Shown: positions 27,390-35,844 of the stretch, piece by piece
Layout of the letters: every line of letters begins with the position of its first letter
Numbering within the stretch: the first letter of the stretch is position 1
Assembly (NCBI GenBank): GCA_049284935.1
Contig: JBAPYW010000042.1
Coordinates: 5,199-69,198, forward strand
Reading direction: 5' to 3'
Length of the DNA: 64,000 bases
DNA from: Xanthobacteraceae bacterium
Lineage (GTDB): Bacteria > Pseudomonadota > Alphaproteobacteria > Rhizobiales > Xanthobacteraceae
Notes under the pieces: model-generated
Told to the model about the DNA's origin: nothing
Database searches by the model: none
What the model saw: only the letters and a program-made list of their open reading frames with translations
Made by a program: the position numbers and the translations under genes

Positions 27390-28373
27390 ATGTTCGAGGA
27401 CGACCAGGATACGCTCGCCGCCGAATACGTGCTCGGCACGCTCTCCGCCCAGGAGCGGGACCAGGCCGAGGCGTTGCTTTCGTTCGATCCGCAATTCGAG
27501 GCGGCCGTGCGCCAGTGGGAGCGCCGGCTCGGCGAACTCAACGTGATGGTCGAGGCGGTCGAGCCGCCGCCGCGGGTCTGGGAGAAGATCAAGATCGAGA
27601 TCGGCCCGGTCGCAACACCCAGCGGTATAGACTTGCCGCAAGCCGCGGCGCCGGAGCAGGAGGTGCCGCCGGCAGCAGCCGCGCTGGCCGCGGACCTTTT
27701 GCCGCCGGAAACCGAGCCGGCGAAGGCGATACAAGACCAGGCACCAACCGGTCCGGCAGCCGCACCGTCATCGCCAGGACCGGCGCCAAAGCAAGTCGAA
27801 CGCAGTGCCGACGTCGTCTCACTGGAGAGCAAGGTCAAGCGCTGGCGGGACATGACACTTGGCATCGGCGCGCTCGCTGCTCTGCTTGCGATCTACATCG
27901 CCGTGGGGCAGTTCAAACCCGATCTCATTCCGGCGCAGATGCGGCCGGCGGGTCCGGGCCAGGTCGCGCGAACCCAGGAACCGGCACGCCCGGCCCAGGA
28001 CCGGCTGGTTGCGGTGCTGCAACAAGAGCCGACCGCACCGGCGTTCCTCCTCACCCTCGACACGCAAAAGCGGACGCTGATCGTACGGCGGGTGTCGGCT
28101 ACACCCGAGGTCGGGCGAAGCTACGAGCTGTGGTTGATCTCCAAGCAGTTTCCAAGCCCGCGTTCGCTCGGAATCGTGGGCAATGAGGAATTCACGCAGC
28201 GCGCGCTTCCAGCCAATACCAACGTCGACACGTTGCGGGGGGCGACATACGCCGTATCGCTCGAGCCCGCCGGCGGCTCGCCGAGCGGGGTGCCGACCGG
28301 GCCCGTCCTATTCACCGGCAAGGCGGTCGAAAGCCTGCCGGCGACGCCGACGAATGCCACTCCGAAGACGTGA
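27390..28373 (+). CDS. anti-sigma factor (RskA / anti-sigma-K-like)
   Basis: It lies immediately downstream of the sigma gene. It has an N-terminal anti-sigma helix region (LAAEYVLGTLSAQERDQAEALL..DPQFEAAVRQWERRL), a Pro/Ala-rich linker, one TM segment (MTLGIGALAALLAIYIAV) and an RskA-like C-terminal domain (SYELWLI...YAVSLEPAGGSP). Confidence 0.8.
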   Translation: MFEDDQDTLAAEYVLGTLSAQERDQAEALLSFDPQFEAAVRQWERRLGELNVMVEAVEPPPRVWEKIKIEIGPVATPSGIDLPQAAAPEQEVPPAAAALAADLLPPETEPAKAIQDQAPTGPAAAPSSPGPAPKQVERSADVVSLESKVKRWRDMTLGIGALAALLAIYIAVGQFKPDLIPAQMRPAGPGQVARTQEPARPAQDRLVAVLQQEPTAPAFLLTLDTQKRTLIVRRVSATPEVGRSYELWLISKQFPSPRSLGIVGNEEFTQRALPANTNVDTLRGATYAVSLEPAGGSPSGVPTGPVLFTGKAVESLPATPTNATPKT

Positions 28374-28401
28374 AGGTGCAACTTTCGGCGCGGAGACGAG
28401 C

Positions 28402-28593
28402 TTACCGGATGGCGGGGAGGTGGCCGCTCACGGCCGTCTGCTGACCGGCTTTTACAAGCGGGGCGGTGCCGAGATCGATGGCGTTGACATGGGCGAAAAT
28501 GCCGACGGCCGCAACCAATGTCGCGCACAGGAGCCCAACGGCCACGATCTTCAAATGCGTGCGGCTATCCGCGCTGTACATCGAATGATTCAT
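28402..28593 (-). CDS. small single-pass membrane protein (hypothetical)
   Basis: 63-aa ORF with ATG 28593 preceded by GGGAGGA at 5-nt spacing and a central TM segment (IVAVGLLCATLVAAVGIFA). Confidence 0.5.
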   Translation of the reverse strand: MNHSMYSADSRTHLKIVAVGLLCATLVAAVGIFAHVNAIDLGTAPLVKAGQQTAVSGHLPAIR

Positions 28594-28899
28594 GGCATCC
28601 TCCCGGGTTTGCGTCGATCGGTCGCCGCGGCCGGGTAATGGGTTTCGTCACCTTCACGTAAGTACGTACGGGATCGGGCGCTGGAAACGCACTTCACTGA
28701 ACCTTGAACAGTCGTGATAACGGGTGAAAGGCTGCTTAGTTCCTCTTGTTAGCTCCTCTTGGCGGGTCCGGCCGCCGCCTCGGTCCGGCCGCTACTCGCT
28801 CCCACCTCTTTGTTTGGGCAGGGAAATAACACGACCTCCCCGGCAGGATTTGCCGGGTATATGGTATCGGGATCAGGGTCAGGCTCAGTCGTTGAGTGA

Positions 28900-29364
28900 A
28901 TGACAAGCCAGGGAAAGATGCGCCGGTTTTTTCGCGTTGCCTTGACTGCCGCCGTCCTTGCGCTCGCCGCCTCGGCCGCCGGGGTCACCCGCGCCGACGA
29001 GATCGCCCCCGGCCTGTGGCGAATTATCAGCCGGACCGAAACCGGCGGCGTGATCGGCCCGCCGCATGAGAGCTCTCGCTGTCTGACGCAGGACCAGGCG
29101 CGCGACCTGGCGACGACCTTCGCGCCGAGCCCGAGCGTGGGCAATGCAAGCTGCACGCCGATCGAGCGCAGCGTCAGCGGTCAAAAGCTGACTTGGCATG
29201 TCACCTGCAGGGGCCAGCTCGACATGGAGCAGGCCGGAGAGTTCACCTTCGACAGCCCGCATCACTACACCGCGACCACCCGGACACGGGCGACCGTTTC
29301 CGGCAAGACCATGATCGACTCCCAGGACACGCTCGAGGGGCAATGGGTCTCGGAGTGCCGGTAG
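28900..29364 (+). CDS. DUF3617 domain secreted protein
   Basis: It has a signal peptide (RRFFRVALTAAVLALAASAAGVTRA). GLWRI...CLTQDQA...CTPIERSVSGQKLTWHVTCRG...GEFTFDSPHHYTAT matches the DUF3617 pattern. ATG 28918 is an alternative start. Confidence 0.75.
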   Translation: MTSQGKMRRFFRVALTAAVLALAASAAGVTRADEIAPGLWRIISRTETGGVIGPPHESSRCLTQDQARDLATTFAPSPSVGNASCTPIERSVSGQKLTWHVTCRGQLDMEQAGEFTFDSPHHYTATTRTRATVSGKTMIDSQDTLEGQWVSECR

Positions 29365-29403
29365 GGGTGAAGAATAATTTAGCTGTTGTAAGCGAGGTGC
29401 CTC

Positions 29404-30363
29404 ATGCATTCGCATTCCGTCACCCCTTGGACGCATCAGCACGCCTTTCTTGGCGAGCATCACCGCGAGCACGAGCGGCGCACCTGGAGCGTGGTGGCGC
29501 TGACGGCGTTGATGATGGTCGTCGAGATTACCGGCGGCACGCTGTTCGGCTCGCTGGCGCTGGTCGCCGACGGCTGGCACATGGCGACGCATGTCGCCGC
29601 GCTGGCGATCGCCGGGCTTGCCTATCTGTTCGCCCGCCGCCACGCCGAGGACGCGCGCTTTTCACTGGGCACCGGCAAGTTCGGCGAACTGGCGGCGTTC
29701 GCCAGCGCCATCATTCTCGGCATGATCGCGATTGGCATCGGCTACGAGTCGGTGCTGCGGCTCCTGCATCCCATCGCGATCCACTACCGCGAGGCGATCC
29801 CGATCGCCGCGCTCGGGTTGTGCGTGAACCTGGCCAGCGCCTGGCTGCTGCACGATTCTGATCACGACCACGCCGATGATTTGGCCGACCATTCCGCGGC
29901 TGAGCACTCCGCCCCTACCGCGCATCATGATGACCATCATCGGGACTCCAACTTGCGCGCCGCTTACGTGCACGTGCTGGCCGATGCGCTGACCTCGGTG
30001 CTGGCGATCGTCGGCCTGTCGGCGGCGTGGGCGTTCGGCTGGACCTTCATCGATCCGGCGGTGGGGCTGGTCGGCATGCTCGTGATCTTGTCCTGGGCGC
30101 TGAGCCTCGTCCGCACGGCCGGCCGGGTGCTGCTCGACACCGTTCCCGATCCGGAGCTGGCGCGACGCATCCGCCAGCGCATCGAGATCGGCGGTGACCG
30201 CCTGACCGATCTGCATCTGTGGCAGGTCGGTCCGGGCCATGCCGCCATGATCGCGTCCGTCGTCTCGGATGCCCCGCAAGCGCCGTCGGTCTACAAAGCG
30301 CGGCTCGAGGGTCTCGCCGGGCTCTCGCACGTCACCATCGAAGTGAACGCCTGCCCGCATTAG
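29404..30363 (+). CDS. dmeF: cation diffusion facilitator, DmeF-type Co/Ni efflux transporter
   Basis: A His-rich N-terminus (MHSHSVTPWTHQHAFLGEHHREHE), the CDF signature (SLALVADGWHMATH) and a His/Asp-rich cytoplasmic loop (HDSDHDHADDLADHSAAEHSAPTAHHDDHH) are present. Confidence 0.8.
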   Translation: MHSHSVTPWTHQHAFLGEHHREHERRTWSVVALTALMMVVEITGGTLFGSLALVADGWHMATHVAALAIAGLAYLFARRHAEDARFSLGTGKFGELAAFASAIILGMIAIGIGYESVLRLLHPIAIHYREAIPIAALGLCVNLASAWLLHDSDHDHADDLADHSAAEHSAPTAHHDDHHRDSNLRAAYVHVLADALTSVLAIVGLSAAWAFGWTFIDPAVGLVGMLVILSWALSLVRTAGRVLLDTVPDPELARRIRQRIEIGGDRLTDLHLWQVGPGHAAMIASVVSDAPQAPSVYKARLEGLAGLSHVTIEVNACPH

Positions 30364-30563
30364 GACGCGCTGCGGCGGATCGCGGTGGTAGCCGCATCAA
30401 GACTTGGCGATCAACGCGATGCCGCCCACTATCGGCGCGGCCGCCTTGCAACAGGCCTGGGAACACGCGCATAGTCGTGCCGCTTTGGGGTTTGTCCGCA
30501 GAATTAATCAAAAGATCCCGGCCGCTTCGGGGGCATCCCGATGCACAAACGAAAGGGATGGAA

Positions 30564-31832
30564 ATGTCCACAAAACCGCAACGGTTTATGAGCCGTCTGG
30601 CATGGTCGGCCGCGGTCGCCGCGCTATTCTTCACCGCGGCTCCAGCCAAAGCCGCCGAGCCGATCAAGATCGGTCTCGGCATGTCGCTCACTGGTCCGCT
30701 CGCCGCCAACGGCAAGATGTCGCTGGTGGCCATGCAGGTGTGGGAAGACGACATCAATGCCAAGGGCGGGCTGCTCGGCCGGCCGGTCCGGCTCGTCTAC
30801 TACGACGATCAGAGCAGTCCGTCGCAAGTCCCCGGCATCTACGCCAAGCTGCTCGATATCGACAAAGTCGATCTGATCGTCAGCGGCTACGCCTCGACTC
30901 AGATCGCGGCGGCGATGCCGGTGGCGATTCAGCACAAGAAGCTGTTCATCAGTCTGTTCGGCACCGGCATCAACGAGCGGTTCAACTATCCGAAATATTT
31001 CTCGATGATCCCGAACGGCCCGACGCCGAAGCCGGCGTTCACGCGCGGCTTCTTCAAGGTGGCCGAACAGCAGAAACCCAAGCCGCAGACCATCGCCTTG
31101 GCCTCGGCGGACGCCGAGTTCGGCCGCAACGCCTGCGAGGGGGCGCACGAGAACGCCGAGGCGGCGGGCTTCAAGATCGTCTACGAAAAGAGCTATCCGC
31201 CATCCACCATCGACTTCGCCCCGATCGTGCGGGCGATCCAGGCCAGCAACCCGGATCTGCTGGTGATTTGCTCCTATCCGCTCGACACCGTCGGCATGAT
31301 CAAGTCGATGCATGAAGTCGGCTTCAAACCGAAAATGTGGGGCGGCGCGATGGTCGGCCTGCAGGCGACGGTGTTCAAGACCCAGCTCGGCCCGCTGCTC
31401 AACGGCGTCGTCAATTACGAGACCTGGCTGCCGGTCAAGTCGATGGAATTTCCCGGCTCGCTGGAGCTGATCAAGAAATATCAGGAGCGCGCCAAGGCCG
31501 CCGGCACCGACCCGCTCGGCTACTATATGCCGGTGTGGGCCTATGCCGATCTGCAGGTGCTCGGCGACGCCATCGCCGCCACCAAGAGCCTCAACGACGA
31601 CGTGCTCGCTGACTATATCCGTCAGACCACGTTCAAGACCGTGGTCGGCGACGTGAAATTCGGCAAGGAGGGCGAGTGGGTGGAGGAGCGCACGCTGGCG
31701 GCGCAATTCCAAAACATCAAGGGCAACAGCATCGACGATTTCCGCGACCTGAAGACCGAGGTGATCATCTATCCGCCGCAATACAAGAGCGGCGAAGTGA
31801 TTTACCCCTACGAAAAGGCGATCGGGAATTAG
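30564..31832 (+). CDS. ABC transporter substrate-binding protein (branched-chain amino acid / HAAT family)
   Basis: ATG 30564 is preceded by AAGGGA. It has a signal peptide (AAVAALFFTAAPAKAAEP). IKIGLGMSLTGPLAANGK...INAKGGLLGRPV.LVYYDDQS is the LivK-like type I periplasmic binding pattern. The track ORF has a long spurious N-terminal extension. Confidence 0.85.
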   Translation: MSTKPQRFMSRLAWSAAVAALFFTAAPAKAAEPIKIGLGMSLTGPLAANGKMSLVAMQVWEDDINAKGGLLGRPVRLVYYDDQSSPSQVPGIYAKLLDIDKVDLIVSGYASTQIAAAMPVAIQHKKLFISLFGTGINERFNYPKYFSMIPNGPTPKPAFTRGFFKVAEQQKPKPQTIALASADAEFGRNACEGAHENAEAAGFKIVYEKSYPPSTIDFAPIVRAIQASNPDLLVICSYPLDTVGMIKSMHEVGFKPKMWGGAMVGLQATVFKTQLGPLLNGVVNYETWLPVKSMEFPGSLELIKKYQERAKAAGTDPLGYYMPVWAYADLQVLGDAIAATKSLNDDVLADYIRQTTFKTVVGDVKFGKEGEWVEERTLAAQFQNIKGNSIDDFRDLKTEVIIYPPQYKSGEVIYPYEKAIGN

Positions 31833-31886
31833 CCGGCACTGTACGGGCGCGGTGGCACCGTCGCGAAGAAGGCGGCAGCCGCGCCC

Positions 31887-32618
31887 TCACAGCCCCAAAT
31901 AAAATTTCTTGATCAGATCGTTGTTGTTGAGCTCGTCCATCGTGCGCCCTTCGAACGCGATCTTGCCGTGCACGATCACGTAGCCGCGGTTGGCGATGCG
32001 GATCGCCTGGGTGAAGTTCTGTTCCGCCATCAGCACGGTGAGATGGTAGCGCGCCTTCATCTCGGCGATCGCATCGATGGTGCGGCTGACCAGCATCGGC
32101 GCCAGCCCGACCGAGGGTTCGTCGACCAAGAGGATCTTCGGCGCCAGCATCAGCGCGCGGCCGAGCGCGAGCATCTGCTGCTCGCCGCCGCTCATGTTGC
32201 CGGCGAGCTGGGCGCGGCGCTCGGCGAGGCGGGGGAAGGTCTCGAAACAGACGGCGAGGTTGCGGGCCAGCTCGCGGCGCGCGGCCGGGCGCGAGGCGCC
32301 GAGCAGCAGGTTTTCCTCGACCGTGAGCTTGGGAAACAGCCGGCGTCCCTCCGGCACCAGCGCGATGCCGAGATCGGCGATCTGTTCGGTGCTGCGGCCG
32401 ACGAGGTCGTGATGGATGCCGTCGATCTCGGCGACGATCGATCCGGCGCTCGGCCGCACCACCCCCATGATGCACTTCATCAGCGTCGACTTGCCGTTGC
32501 CGTTGGTACCGAGCAGCACCACGGTCTCGCCGGCGCCGACCTTGAACGACACGTCGTCGATCACGCGCACCGCGCCATAGGCGGCGTGGAGGCCGGCGAC
32601 GGTGAGGCTGCTAGCCAA
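31887..32618 (-). CDS. livF: HAAT-family ABC transporter ATP-binding protein (LivF-like)
   Basis: Walker A GTNGNGKST, signature MSGGEQQML and Walker B LLVDEPSVGL. It overlaps the upstream ATPase gene by 8 nt. Confidence 0.9.
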   Translation of the reverse strand: MASSLTVAGLHAAYGAVRVIDDVSFKVGAGETVVLLGTNGNGKSTLMKCIMGVVRPSAGSIVAEIDGIHHDLVGRSTEQIADLGIALVPEGRRLFPKLTVEENLLLGASRPAARRELARNLAVCFETFPRLAERRAQLAGNMSGGEQQMLALGRALMLAPKILLVDEPSVGLAPMLVSRTIDAIAEMKARYHLTVLMAEQNFTQAIRIANRGYVIVHGKIAFEGRTMDELNNNDLIKKFYLGL

Positions 32619-33339
32619 GGTAAGCCCTCTCCACTTCCGGATCGCGTATGACCGCGTCCGGCGGACCGTCGGCGATCTTGCGCCCAGAGACCAGCACCAC
32701 CAGCCGCCGGGAAAAACTCATCACCGCGCGCATGATGTGTTCGATGAGGATGATGGTCACGCCGCGCTCGTTCAAGCGCAGCAGCAATGCAATGATCTCC
32801 TCGATCTCCGAGTGGGTCAGGCCGGCCATCGATTCGTCGGCGATTAAGAGCTTGGGTTCCGCCGCCATAGCGCGCGCCAGCTCGAGCTTGCGCATCTCGA
32901 CCTGGGTCAGGTCGCGCGGCAGCCGCTGCGCCTTCGCCTCCAGGCCGACCTCGCGCAGCAGCTCGACGCAGCGCGTCTCGATCTCGTGCCCGGACCGATG
33001 AGTGCCGCGCGCCGCCACGGTGTAGATCAGCGGAATGCGCATATTGTCGAGCAAGCTGAGGCTCGCGAACGGCCGCGGCAGCTGGAAGGTGCGAGCGAGC
33101 CCGCGGTGCGTGCGTTGATGCGCGGTCGAGCCGTCGAGGACGTGGCCGTCGAAGCGCACCGAGCCGGTATCGTTGCGCAGCGTGCCGCAGATGCAGTTGA
33201 CCAGCGTCGACTTGCCGGAGCCGTTGGGACCGATCAGGCCGACCCGCTCGCCGGCCGCCACCGCGAGCGAAATATTCTCCAGCGCCACGAAGCCGACGAA
33301 GCGCTTGCCGAGGTTGTCGATCTCGAGCAGTTCGGTCAT
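32611..33339 (-). CDS. livG: HAAT-family ABC transporter ATP-binding protein (LivG-like)
   Basis: Walker A GPNGSGKST, LIADESMAGL and a LivG-type C-terminus. It overlaps the upstream permease gene by 4 nt. Confidence 0.9.
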   Translation of the reverse strand: MTELLEIDNLGKRFVGFVALENISLAVAAGERVGLIGPNGSGKSTLVNCICGTLRNDTGSVRFDGHVLDGSTAHQRTHRGLARTFQLPRPFASLSLLDNMRIPLIYTVAARGTHRSGHEIETRCVELLREVGLEAKAQRLPRDLTQVEMRKLELARAMAAEPKLLIADESMAGLTHSEIEEIIALLLRLNERGVTIILIEHIMRAVMSFSRRLVVLVSGRKIADGPPDAVIRDPEVERAYLG

Positions 33340-34343
33340 GGCGCAGGCCCCGCTACCCGATCCGGCGCCTCGGCGTCGACGTGGCGGCGGCCGACGAAAT
33401 CATCCGGCTTGCGCTGCAAATATTTGTGCACCAGCCCGATGATGCCGTTCGGCGCGACGATCACGAAACCGACCAATAGCAGGCCGACGATCAGCAGATT
33501 GACCGCCGACGAAATCGTCACCGTCGCCAGCTGCTGTAGCGAGCCGAGCAGGATGGCGCCGATCAAGGGGCCGACCCAGCTCGTGGTGCCGCCGATCAGC
33601 GGCATGGCGATGGAGTTGACGGCGTAATCAAGGCCGAACGCCGAGGACGGTTGCAGATAGCCGATGTAATAGGGAAACGGCGCGCCCGCCATTCCCATGA
33701 GCGCGCCGGAAATCGTGGTCGCGATCAGCTTCAGCCGCAGCGTCGGCACGCCGGAAGCCTCCGCCGCCAGTTCGTCGTCGCGAATCGTGGCGAAGCCGAA
33801 GCCCAGACGCGAGCGTTCGATCACGCGCGCCGCCGTAATCGCCGCCACCGCCAGCAGCATCATGATCAGGAACAGGTATTCGATGTAGTTGCCGAACGGA
33901 CCGATCGACTCCGGCCGCACGATATAGGCGCCGCGCGAGCCGCCGACATACTCCCAGTTGACGATCAGCGTCTCCAGGACGACGGCGAGCGCCAGCGTCG
34001 CGATGGCGAAGAAGGCACCGCGCAGCCGCAGCGTCAGATAGCCCATGCCGAAGCCGACGACGCCCGATACCACGCCGCCGGCAATCAGCATGGCGGGAAT
34101 CGGCAGCGGATAAAGCCGGTGCAGGGCGACGGTCGAATAGGCGCCGAGCGCGAAGAAGGCGGCCGAGCCGAAATTCACGTAGCCGCAATAGCCGCCGAGA
34201 ATGTTCCACGCCGTCGACAGCACGACGTATTGCAGCACCACATAGCCGGCGAAAAAATAATAGTCGTTATCGAGGGCGACCGCAGCGGCGAATACGGCGC
34301 CGCCGGCGATGAGGCAGATGAGGAAGAACAGGGGCGAGCGCAC
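33336..34343 (-). CDS. livM: HAAT-family ABC transporter permease (LivM-like)
   Basis: I propose the GTG start at 34343 (VRSPLFFLICLIAGG), just after the livH stop (TAG 34346-34348). It is hydrophobic throughout (NILGGYCGYVNFGSAAFFALGAY...RDDELAAEASGV). The 645-aa track ORF is an out-of-frame read-through across livH. Confidence 0.85.
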   Translation of the reverse strand: MRSPLFFLICLIAGGAVFAAAVALDNDYYFFAGYVVLQYVVLSTAWNILGGYCGYVNFGSAAFFALGAYSTVALHRLYPLPIPAMLIAGGVVSGVVGFGMGYLTLRLRGAFFAIATLALAVVLETLIVNWEYVGGSRGAYIVRPESIGPFGNYIEYLFLIMMLLAVAAITAARVIERSRLGFGFATIRDDELAAEASGVPTLRLKLIATTISGALMGMAGAPFPYYIGYLQPSSAFGLDYAVNSIAMPLIGGTTSWVGPLIGAILLGSLQQLATVTISSAVNLLIVGLLLVGFVIVAPNGIIGLVHKYLQRKPDDFVGRRHVDAEAPDRVAGPAP

Positions 34344-34345
34344 GG

Positions 34346-35221
34346 CTAGCGTCCCAACAGGCCGGCCGGCCACACCGCCAGCGCCAGCAGCAGAAAGCCG
34401 AACGACACCGCCGGTGCCCAGGACGGACCGTAGAACGTCGAGGTCAGGCTTTCGAAGACGCCGACCAAAATGGCGGCGATCAGGGTTCCCGGCAGGCTGC
34501 CCATGCCGCCGAGCACGCAGATCGCGAACACGCGGCCGATATATTGCCGGCCGACCGACGGCTCGACCGGCTGGATGATGATGAGAAAGGCGCCGGCGAG
34601 CGAGGCGGTGGCGATCGAAATGCCGAAGGCGATGCGCTTGATCCGGATCGGGTCCACCGCCATCAGCTGCAGGGCGAACTGATCCTGCGCCACCGCCATG
34701 ATGGCGCGGCCGATGAACGTGCGCGTCAGCACCAGCTGCAGCAGCGCGATCAACGCCAGCGAAACCAGGCACGGCACCAGAAGCCGCATCGGGATGTCGA
34801 CGTAGCCGATATGCCAGGTCGGACCGATATAGGGCGCCTCGACGTAGCGATAGTCGACGCCGAAATACAGCACCAGCGACACTTCGGTGATGAACAGCAG
34901 ACCGAAAAAGAAGGCGAGACCGCGCAGCGATTCCTGTCCGCGCTTCTCGAACGAGACGTAATAGACCTGATAGATGCCGGCGCCGAGCGCGTAGAACGCC
35001 GGCATCACCAGGATGCTGGTGACGATCGGGTCGAGGCCGAGGCTGATGCTGACGATATAGGCGATGTAGGAGCCGAGGATGACGAAGGCCGGGTGCGCGA
35101 TGTTGACGATGTCGAGGATGCCGAACGACAGCGACACGCCGGCCGTCACCGCCGCATAGAAGGCGCCGATCAGGATGCCGGAAACAAGGGCGTTGATCAG
35201 AAGATCGAACGAAAAGATCAT
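34346..35221 (-). CDS. livH: HAAT-family ABC transporter permease (LivH-like)
   Basis: 291-aa hydrophobic ORF with ILDIVNIAHPAFVILGSY and AVAQDQFALQLMAVDP motifs typical of LivH. Confidence 0.9.
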   Translation of the reverse strand: MIFSFDLLINALVSGILIGAFYAAVTAGVSLSFGILDIVNIAHPAFVILGSYIAYIVSISLGLDPIVTSILVMPAFYALGAGIYQVYYVSFEKRGQESLRGLAFFFGLLFITEVSLVLYFGVDYRYVEAPYIGPTWHIGYVDIPMRLLVPCLVSLALIALLQLVLTRTFIGRAIMAVAQDQFALQLMAVDPIRIKRIAFGISIATASLAGAFLIIIQPVEPSVGRQYIGRVFAICVLGGMGSLPGTLIAAILVGVFESLTSTFYGPSWAPAVSFGFLLLALAVWPAGLLGR

Positions 35222-35328
35222 TCCTCAGCCTTGACCGAATTCTACGCACCATTCCGGAACACGGGGGGCGCATCCGGAAACGGTAGCGACTTCCGCAAGA
35301 AAGTGGCAGGCAAGCACCGACGAAGCTG

Positions 35329-35772
35329 TTACGCAGCGGCGCGGACGGTTTCAGGGATTGCGAGCGGCTTGTTGGCGCTGTCGAGGAATTCGACGGTCAT
35401 GAAGACCATCTCCTGGTCGCCGATATTCGTCAGGTCGTGAACCTTGAACTGGCCGGGTCCGTAGGTCTCGTGCCGGGTTTCGCCCAGCCGATAGCTGTAT
35501 TCGACGGTGGTGCCGTCATGGACGTGCTGGCGGCCGCGGCCGCCGGTGATGCAGGTCCAGAAATAGTCCAGCACATGACGATGGAAGCCGACGCGCTCGC
35601 CGGGCGCCAGCCGGATGATCCAAACCCGGACCCGGTCGCTTTCCGAGACAAGCGCGGTGCCGACGCAGCCATTGTGGTTGTGGCGCTCGGCCTCGAATTC
35701 CGCGGCGATCGCGCCTGGCCATGCCGTCGTGTCGGCGCGGTCGGTTGTCTTGTCCAGCATCGTCAGGGCCAT
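35329..35772 (-). CDS. cupin domain protein
   Basis: ATG 35772 is preceded by GGAGGA. It is 147 aa with the cupin metal motif region (RLAPGERVGFHRHVLDYFW...YGPGQFKVHDLTN). The 421-aa track ORF is an upstream extension antisense to the monooxygenase gene. Confidence 0.75.
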   Translation of the reverse strand: MALTMLDKTTDRADTTAWPGAIAAEFEAERHNHNGCVGTALVSESDRVRVWIIRLAPGERVGFHRHVLDYFWTCITGGRGRQHVHDGTTVEYSYRLGETRHETYGPGQFKVHDLTNIGDQEMVFMTVEFLDSANKPLAIPETVRAAA

Positions 35773-35789
35773 GGCGTTCCTCCGGTGAT

Positions 35790-35829
35790 TATTGTCACAA
35801 TACAATACAGAACGTTCGCATGATGCGAA
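35790..35829. promoter_or_regulatory. two perfect palindromes in the 72-bp divergent promoter region (candidate operators)
   Basis: TATTGT-C-ACAATA (35790-35802) and TTCGCAT-G-ATGCGAA (35815-35829) lie between the cupin gene (minus strand) and the FAD monooxygenase gene (plus strand). Confidence 0.4.
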
Positions 35830-35844
35830 ATAGCCGGGCATTCC

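Noticed and set aside
33336-35273. A 645-aa ORF suggesting a fused LivH-LivM permease.
   Set aside because: Its N-terminal roughly 310 aa are an Arg/Pro-rich alternate frame across livH. The genuine LivH frame (34346-35221) is separate, and LivM has a GTG start at 34343, just after the livH stop.
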